A DNA stretch of 22,814 bases from the NCBI GenBank assembly GCA_964510165.1, contig CAZEBC010000020.1, forward strand, positions 13,669-36,482. The letters run 5' to 3'. The number at the start of each line of letters is the position of its first letter. Within the stretch, counting starts at the first letter, position 1. The position numbers and the translations under genes are program-made. This document shows positions 17,679 to 22,814 of the stretch, piece after piece. The notes beneath the pieces are model-generated. The model was not told where the DNA came from. It was given only the letters and a program-made list of their open reading frames with translations, and did no database searches. This DNA comes from an uncultured bacterium. Its GTDB lineage: Bacteria; Abyssobacteria; SURF-5.

Positions 17679-17713
17679 AATCGGCTCAATCCGCAACAAG
17701 GGCCGAAGTTCGG

Positions 17714-18181
17714 TCATTCCAGCCTGCGAATGAGGGCCACTTCATCACAGTCAGGGAATTTTACGCATCTCACGCATGCCGCCCATATCTTGTGCGGGAG
17801 CTGAGAGCGGTCGATGCGTTCGAAGCCGAGCTTTTCGAAGAAGCCCGGCTTGTTGGTCAGAGTGAATACTTTCTTGATGCCTATGGAGCGTGCGTCTTCC
17901 AGGCAGGCGCCCACAAGGGCCGACCCGATCCCTTTCCGCTCGTCATTTTCGCCGACCGCGAGGGAGCGAATCTCCGCCAGATCGTCCCAAAACAGGTGGA
18001 GCGCACAGCAGCCGAGCACCTTGTCGTCCCCGTTGACATACACAAAGAAGTCGCGCAGGTCCTCGTATATCTCCATGAGCGGCTTCGGGAGCAAGTCACC
18101 CGTCCGGGAATAGTGGAGGATGAGGTCTCGAATGGTGGAGACGTCGGACATTTTGGCTTTTCGGACAAACGTGTTATTCAT
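17714..18181 (-). CDS. GNAT N-acetyltransferase, short ArgA-like (probable amino-acid N-acetyltransferase)
   Basis: LLPKPLMEIYEDLRDF, LAEIRSLAV, RKGIGSALV, VFTLT, FFEKLGF, LPHKIWAACVRCVKFPDCDEVAL. Confidence 0.88.
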   Translation of the reverse strand: MNNTFVRKAKMSDVSTIRDLILHYSRTGDLLPKPLMEIYEDLRDFFVYVNGDDKVLGCCALHLFWDDLAEIRSLAVGENDERKGIGSALVGACLEDARSIGIKKVFTLTNKPGFFEKLGFERIDRSQLPHKIWAACVRCVKFPDCDEVALIRRLE

Positions 18182-18782
18182 CGCGTGGCTCGCAATCCTT
18201 GTATTTGAAGGGCAACTCGAGCTGAAGCCCCTTTACGAGCTCGTAGCGTTTGAGAAGGCGGAGTAGTTGAAGGGTCTCACTCTCGACGTAGTTCAGGGTT
18301 ACCTCCACGTGCGCGATGAGAGAACTGAGCACTGTAGGAAACTCGAGCACGTGATCGACCCCTCTTTCTTTAAACACTTCCTCCATCTTGAACCACCCCG
18401 CCTCGGTCGCCGAGGCTTCGGATATGACAAGGATGGATTTGAAGGGAGCGCTCCCGAACACGCTGCGCGCGTACTCCAGGGCGTTGGGACTGACGAAATG
18501 GAACAGCTCAGGAGTCGCGTTCACCAGGCTGGTGGAGAACCTGTTGCTGTGCCAGCCTTTTACATCCACAATGACATTGGATAAGTGGCGCATGTGCTCG
18601 GCCTGAAGGCGCATCGGAATTTCAGTCTCCGGTTCGACGCAGTCGAGATTCGTAGCAAGCAGGTCGATGCTGTAACGACCGGTCGGTTCGGCCTTTTGGA
18701 GGTGGAACTTGCGGTTGGTCATGACGCTGAAGTTGTGAGCCTCCAGGAATTCGCGAACCAGTGTGATGTTGGTGTCAGACAT
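18174..18782 (-). CDS. Hypothetical protein, putative PD-(D/E)xK nuclease-like fold
   Basis: N-terminal helix VREFLEAHNFSV, then SIDLLA ... VIVDVKGWH; tightly packed between the TPR and acetyltransferase genes. Confidence 0.75.
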   Translation of the reverse strand: MSDTNITLVREFLEAHNFSVMTNRKFHLQKAEPTGRYSIDLLATNLDCVEPETEIPMRLQAEHMRHLSNVIVDVKGWHSNRFSTSLVNATPELFHFVSPNALEYARSVFGSAPFKSILVISEASATEAGWFKMEEVFKERGVDHVLEFPTVLSSLIAHVEVTLNYVESETLQLLRLLKRYELVKGLQLELPFKYKDCEPRDE

Positions 18783-18801
18783 CTTCGACCGTCCCGGCTT
18801 G

Positions 18802-19626
18802 TTAATCCTCGATTGACGCGAATCGTTCGGCTTGTTCGTTCTCCGGCTCGATTTTCAGCGTGAGTTGTCCGAAATAGCGGGCGTAGCGTCTCTCGCCGAG
18901 CGCCTCGTAACATCGAGCGATTCCAAGATAGTTGTCGGCCAGACTGTAGTGCAAGCCGAAGGCAAAGAAGTGCAGAACACCCTTCGGCGAGAAATCCTTG
19001 GCTATGAGATAGTTCTGAAGCGCCGGCCTGTGTTCCTCCTGCACCTCGAAGGTCTGCGCGAGAAAGTAGTACCCCTCGGGCTGTTCGGGCCGGGTCCGAA
19101 TCAATCCCTGGCAGATGGCCCCCGACTTGAGCGCTTCCTCGGCCATTGCGCCCGGGTTCTTAAGCCCCTTATGTATTTTCGCCAGATAGAAATGGCAGAG
19201 GAAATTCGAGGGGTTGAGCGTGCAGGCCGATTGAAGCTGAGAAATGGCCTTGCCGACATCCTCCTCACGATAGTACACGGCTCCCAGACCGGCCATCGCT
19301 TTGACATTGGATTCGTTGATGTTCAAGGCGCGCATGAACTGTACCTTCGCCTTTGCCGTGTCGCCGATGGCCAGGTATAGGGCGCCCAGGTCCAGCCGGG
19401 CGGCGATACGGTCTGGCGAGAGCCTTATGGCGGTCTCGATCTCTTCGAGGGCGCCTTGGAAATCGCCCAGCTTCATCTGGCATCGTCCCAACTGATGGTG
19501 TGCGGCGGCGTTGCCCGGGCTTTCCTTCACCACGCGCTCGAAGATGGCAATAGCGGTATCCAAATCGCCGCGCATCTGAGCGGTAAGTCCCTCGTCAAAC
19601 GACGCTTTCTTGTCCTTCGGTCCCAT
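18802..19626 (-). CDS. Tetratricopeptide repeat protein
   Basis: 34-aa periodicity: AHHQLGRC, ARLDLGAL, AMAGLGAV, CHFYLAKI; further repeats GYYFLAQT and NYLGIARC. Confidence 0.9.
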   Translation of the reverse strand: MGPKDKKASFDEGLTAQMRGDLDTAIAIFERVVKESPGNAAAHHQLGRCQMKLGDFQGALEEIETAIRLSPDRIAARLDLGALYLAIGDTAKAKVQFMRALNINESNVKAMAGLGAVYYREEDVGKAISQLQSACTLNPSNFLCHFYLAKIHKGLKNPGAMAEEALKSGAICQGLIRTRPEQPEGYYFLAQTFEVQEEHRPALQNYLIAKDFSPKGVLHFFAFGLHYSLADNYLGIARCYEALGERRYARYFGQLTLKIEPENEQAERFASIED

Positions 19627-19631
19627 AGTCT

Positions 19632-20732
19632 CTAAGTCAAAATCTCTTTCAAAGCGAGTTCGATGGTTTCGGGGGGGATATTTTCCTTGACGACCACCCG
19701 GCCTATCGAACGCGGCAAGACGAATTTGTTCTGTCCGGCAGAGGCTTTCTTATCGAGTTTGATTGCTTCGATAATGGATTGGGAGCCAACGCCCGAAAGG
19801 GTTGTGGGAAGGCCGGCAGCGATGAGCAACTGATTCTGGCGTTTCTCCGCCTCCTCCGGCAGCAGCTTAAGAATCCTTGCTATCTTGGATGAGGCCATTA
19901 TCCCGATGGCGACGGCCTCGCCGTGGCTGAATCTCTTGTAATCGGTCACCGACTCAATGGCGTGGCCTATAGTGTGGCCATAGTTCAGGATCGAGCGCAG
20001 GCCGGTGGTTTCGCGAACGTCCTGTTGAACGATGCGCGCCTTTATCTGGCAACATCGCTTGATCACGTCTTCGAGCAGGCCGGCGTCAAGTCTTTCCAAT
20101 GAATTCGAATGTCGTTCAAGCAGCCCGAACAAGCCTTCATCGGCAATGACGCCGTACTTGATCACCTCGGCCATTCCGTTGCGGACGTGTTTGTCGGGAA
20201 GGCTGGAGAGCACCGCCGGATCGATGCACACGAGCAGCGGTTGGTAGAAGGCGCCTATCATGTTCTTGGCGAGCGGGTGGTCAACGCCGACTTTGCCGCC
20301 GATGGCGCTATCAACCTGCGCCAGCAAGGTCGTAGGGACCTGAACATATGGAATGCCGCGCATGTATATCGCGGCGGCGAACCCCGCAATGTCGCCGACG
20401 ACACCGCCCCCGAGGCTGACGAGAAGCGAGGACCGGTCGAGGCGCGCGCCAACCATTTTATCGAGCAATCTTTCGACCGTGGCCATGTTCTTATGCTGTT
20501 CGCCGTCCGGGATGGTCTCGAGCGCCACGTCGCAGTGCAATTGCGCGAGCGCCTCACGGACCGTCACCCCATGCAGTTCGTCAATTGACGGATTGGTAAC
20601 GACCATTACGCGGCTCGGCTTGAGCAGAGGAGAGATTAGCTCCGCCAGGTCGCTGATGATGCCGTAACCAACAAAGATATTGTATCCGTCCCTTTCCAAA
20701 TCAACTCGAATCTTGTGCATCGGCTTGATCAA
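19632..20732 (-). CDS. aroB: 3-dehydroquinate synthase
   Basis: PDGEQHK, LGGGVVGDIAGFAAAIYMRG, PTTLLAQVDSAIGGK, KNMIGAFYQP, AEVIKYG, LNYGHTIGHAIE, HGEAVAIG; TTGA overlap with aroC. Confidence 0.97.
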   Translation of the reverse strand: MIKPMHKIRVDLERDGYNIFVGYGIISDLAELISPLLKPSRVMVVTNPSIDELHGVTVREALAQLHCDVALETIPDGEQHKNMATVERLLDKMVGARLDRSSLLVSLGGGVVGDIAGFAAAIYMRGIPYVQVPTTLLAQVDSAIGGKVGVDHPLAKNMIGAFYQPLLVCIDPAVLSSLPDKHVRNGMAEVIKYGVIADEGLFGLLERHSNSLERLDAGLLEDVIKRCCQIKARIVQQDVRETTGLRSILNYGHTIGHAIESVTDYKRFSHGEAVAIGIMASSKIARILKLLPEEAEKRQNQLLIAAGLPTTLSGVGSQSIIEAIKLDKKASAGQNKFVLPRSIGRVVVKENIPPETIELALKEILT

Positions 20733-21913
20733 TGTAATCCTCTAATCGACTCGAGGTAGCCGTCGAAGTTTCTTCGCATCTCCCTTAAGGTGTCGCCCCC
20801 AAACTTTTCAATCATTGCGTTGGCCAACTCGATCGCACACACGGCGCGCACGATCACGCTCGCCGCAGGAACGGCGCAGACATCTGAGCGTTCGACCGCA
20901 GCTTTCTGCGGTTTCCTAGTGCGGATGCTTGCCGACCGCAGCGGCTTTCCGAGCGTGGGAATCGGCTTCATGGTGGCCCTGAGTATCACAGGCTCGCCAT
21001 TCGAGATTCCGCCTTCGATTCCCCCCGCGTGATTGGTCTTCCGATAGAAGCCTGCCGAGCGTTTCCCCTTCGCCGCGCCGCAGAAGATTTCGTCATGTGC
21101 CTGAGAACCCCGAAGCCGACCCAATTCGATGCCATCGCCAATCTCGACGGCCTTGATTGCGGGGACTGCCATCGCGGCGGCGGCAAGCCGGGCGGCAAGC
21201 CGGCGGTCCCAGTGAACATGCGAGCCGAGGCCGGCCGGCACATTGAAAGCGATCACCTCGATCGTTCCGCCCAGCGTGTCACCGGTCGAGGCCGCTTGGT
21301 CTATCGCTTCCATCATCTTTCTTGAGGCGGAGGGATCGGCGCATCGGACCGGCGAGCGGTCAGACGCGGAGAGCAGTTTCTTCTCTGCCAACCCGGACGT
21401 GTCCGCGACGATCTCGCCAATCCGAACCACATGGGCCGCCATGCATATGTCGAACTCGAGCAACAACAATTCAGCGACGGCGCCCAGAGCCGTTCTGGCG
21501 GCGGTTTCACGAGCACTGGCGCGCTCGAGCACGTTGCGGATATCGGATTGCATGTATTTCAGCGCGCCCGCAAGGTCGGCGTGACCGGGACGCGGCCTCT
21601 CGACGGCTTTCGCCTGAGCGGCGTCCGAATCTATCTCAAACGGATCCATCACTTTCTGCCAATTCGCCCAGTCCTTGTTGGGGATAAGCAGCGCTATCGG
21701 GCTCCCGAGGGACTTTCCGGCCCGTACACCCGACAGACACTGGGCGCGGTCCTGTTCGATTTTCATGCGCGCGCCTCTGCCATACCCCGATTGGCGCATG
21801 GCCAGACGCGATTCTATGAACTCGCGGTGAATCGGAAGGCCCGCTGGCAGCCCCTCGATAATGGCGACCAGTGCCTGGCCATGGGATTCGCCGGCAGTGA
21901 GATAGCGGAGCAT
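20729..21913 (-). CDS. aroC: Chorismate synthase
   Basis: MLRYLTAGESHG, GYGRGARMKIE, PRPGHADL, ERASARETAAR, GDTLGG, NHAGGIEGGISNG, MKPIPT, ERSDVCAVP. Confidence 0.98.
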   Translation of the reverse strand: MLRYLTAGESHGQALVAIIEGLPAGLPIHREFIESRLAMRQSGYGRGARMKIEQDRAQCLSGVRAGKSLGSPIALLIPNKDWANWQKVMDPFEIDSDAAQAKAVERPRPGHADLAGALKYMQSDIRNVLERASARETAARTALGAVAELLLLEFDICMAAHVVRIGEIVADTSGLAEKKLLSASDRSPVRCADPSASRKMMEAIDQAASTGDTLGGTIEVIAFNVPAGLGSHVHWDRRLAARLAAAAMAVPAIKAVEIGDGIELGRLRGSQAHDEIFCGAAKGKRSAGFYRKTNHAGGIEGGISNGEPVILRATMKPIPTLGKPLRSASIRTRKPQKAAVERSDVCAVPAASVIVRAVCAIELANAMIEKFGGDTLREMRRNFDGYLESIRGLH

Positions 21914-21969
21914 AAGACACGTTCCCGTAAGGTGTTGCGAGTGCTGGAGAAAGGCCTACTCACAGCGTC

Positions 21970-21998
21970 ATTATACAATCAGGCGCAAGGGGTGTCAA
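21970..21998 (-). promoter_or_regulatory. Perfect-consensus sigma70 promoter for the aroC run
   Basis: TTGACA (21998-21993), 17 bp, TATAAT (21975-21970). Confidence 0.9.
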
Positions 21999-22078
21999 GG
22001 AGGCAAGGCATCTGAAACGAATGCCGCTTCGACAATGCAAGGGTAGCGATAGATACGGTGGACGAAGGCCGGGTCATA

Positions 22079-22717
22079 TCAACCCCCTTGGACGATACGC
22101 GATATGAGTTCCTTCAAGCCAAAAGCGAGGGCGCCGAGGATAATTCCATAAATGGTGGACCGTTCGCGCCAAAGTGCCTCGCGCCATTCCTGCCCAATGA
22201 GTCTTCGCAGGTCCGGAACGGGAATCCAGCGCGGCGTTCCGGCCGCGAACCGCAGATACTCATCCCCGAATCGCTGCCTGAGGAGGTCCTCCTCATACAC
22301 AACGATAAGAGAGTAGAAGATGAAGCAGACGGAAAGCGCTATTGGCATGAACCAGAGAAGTTCTGAGAGAATGCAGAACCCGGCTAGAATGAGGTGATTT
22401 CCCAAGTAAAGCGGGTTTCTCGTGTATGCGTAGGGGCCGGAGGCGACCAGTTTTCTCGCCTTGTCCTTCCTTGTTCGGGCGCTCCGCCCGATATGTCGCA
22501 TTGCCCACAGCCGTAGGGCCTCGCCCATGCACACGACTGCCGGCCCCGCTGTCCAGACAATGAGGTCGTTTTCGTATTCCCACACGAACACGCAGACAAG
22601 GAACAGAAAGATGGGCGTCGAGATGAAATTGCGGGATTTGAAGAGAAATCGCCCACATTTCACCGCGAGGGGTTTACTGGAGAAGTCGAGATGGTCTCGG
22701 GCGAACTCCCTTGTCAA
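22079..22717 (-). CDS. Isoprenylcysteine carboxyl methyltransferase (ICMT/PEMT-like) family membrane protein
   Basis: GEALRLWA, LVASGPYAYTRNPLYLGN, YEEDLLRQRFGDEY, TPRWIP; SD AGGAG 8 nt before TTG. Confidence 0.9.
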   Translation of the reverse strand: MTREFARDHLDFSSKPLAVKCGRFLFKSRNFISTPIFLFLVCVFVWEYENDLIVWTAGPAVVCMGEALRLWAMRHIGRSARTRKDKARKLVASGPYAYTRNPLYLGNHLILAGFCILSELLWFMPIALSVCFIFYSLIVVYEEDLLRQRFGDEYLRFAAGTPRWIPVPDLRRLIGQEWREALWRERSTIYGIILGALAFGLKELISRIVQGG

Positions 22718-22814
22718 TGTCTGACTCCTGTTTCCCTATTCCCGCAGATCAGCATCAGGTTGCGAATGTAGACGACAGCGCCGACGCCTTGCCCCAGCAT
22801 GAACACGGGGTCCC
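22714..22814 (-). CDS. C-terminal part of a lipid-A-disaccharide synthase N-terminal domain (LAB_N) protein; partial, absent from the ORF track
   Basis: Hand translation gives ...DPVFMLGQGVGAVVYIRNLMLICGNRETGVRH*; DPVF-LGQ and Y-RNL-LI match the LAB_N pattern; the stop overlaps the next start (TTGA). Confidence 0.85.
   Translation of the reverse strand, partial: DPVFMLGQGVGAVVYIRNLMLICGNRETGVRH

Noticed and set aside
16806..17804. 332-aa plus-strand ORF (and 15969..16796)
   Set aside because: Antisense shadows of the cyclase gene.
12596..19626. CBASS/Pycsar-like antiphage system (cyclase plus nucleases)
   Set aside because: The cyclase is an FHA-GAF signalling type with ATP-specifying residues; the nucleases show no visible cyclic-nucleotide sensor domain, are not adjacent to it, and sit among housekeeping genes.
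21914..21969. Attenuator or T-box in the aroC leader
   Set aside because: Leader is only ~50 nt, with weak hairpins, no U-tract and no aromatic-rich leader peptide.

Overview
GC-rich bacterial chromosomal window. LolA and a lipid A-related domain suggest a diderm, and an HgdB/BcrC-type Fe-S subunit suggests an anaerobe. It holds about 24 complete CDS and no rRNA, tRNA, CRISPR array or transposase. Left (minus strand): nfeD, an SPFH/slipin gene, an APH-like kinase, then a membrane protein with a C-terminal zinc ribbon. A divergent sigma70 promoter pair at 4353-4420 drives this unit and a plus-strand unit (small secreted protein, penicillin-acylase-family amidase, orphan 2-hydroxyacyl-CoA dehydratase/benzoyl-CoA reductase subunit, MBL hydrolase). 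Next come yceI and a cold-shock gene whose leader contains a terminator-like hairpin. An ~11.4 kb tightly coupled minus-strand run follows: aroC, aroB, TPR protein, putative PD-(D/E)xK protein, short ArgA-like acetyltransferase, FHA-GAF-adenylate cyclase, PP2C phosphatase, proC, divIVA, lolA, DUF123 nuclease, maf, glpK. At the right end an ICMT-family methyltransferase is coupled to a partial LAB_N-domain gene that the ORF track missed. Most notable: (i) a candidate phosphothreonine/cAMP signalling module coupled to divIVA-lolA-maf; (ii) related palindromic GGGGACAC(C/G)ATG repeats bracketing the orphan dehydratase gene; (iii) a probable attenuator in the csp leader; (iv) a small CACnAAG-type intergenic element, one copy flanked by 8-bp direct repeats; (v) an uncharacterised nuclease-fold gene within the aro operon. 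All family calls are from motif recognition by eye; no searches were run.
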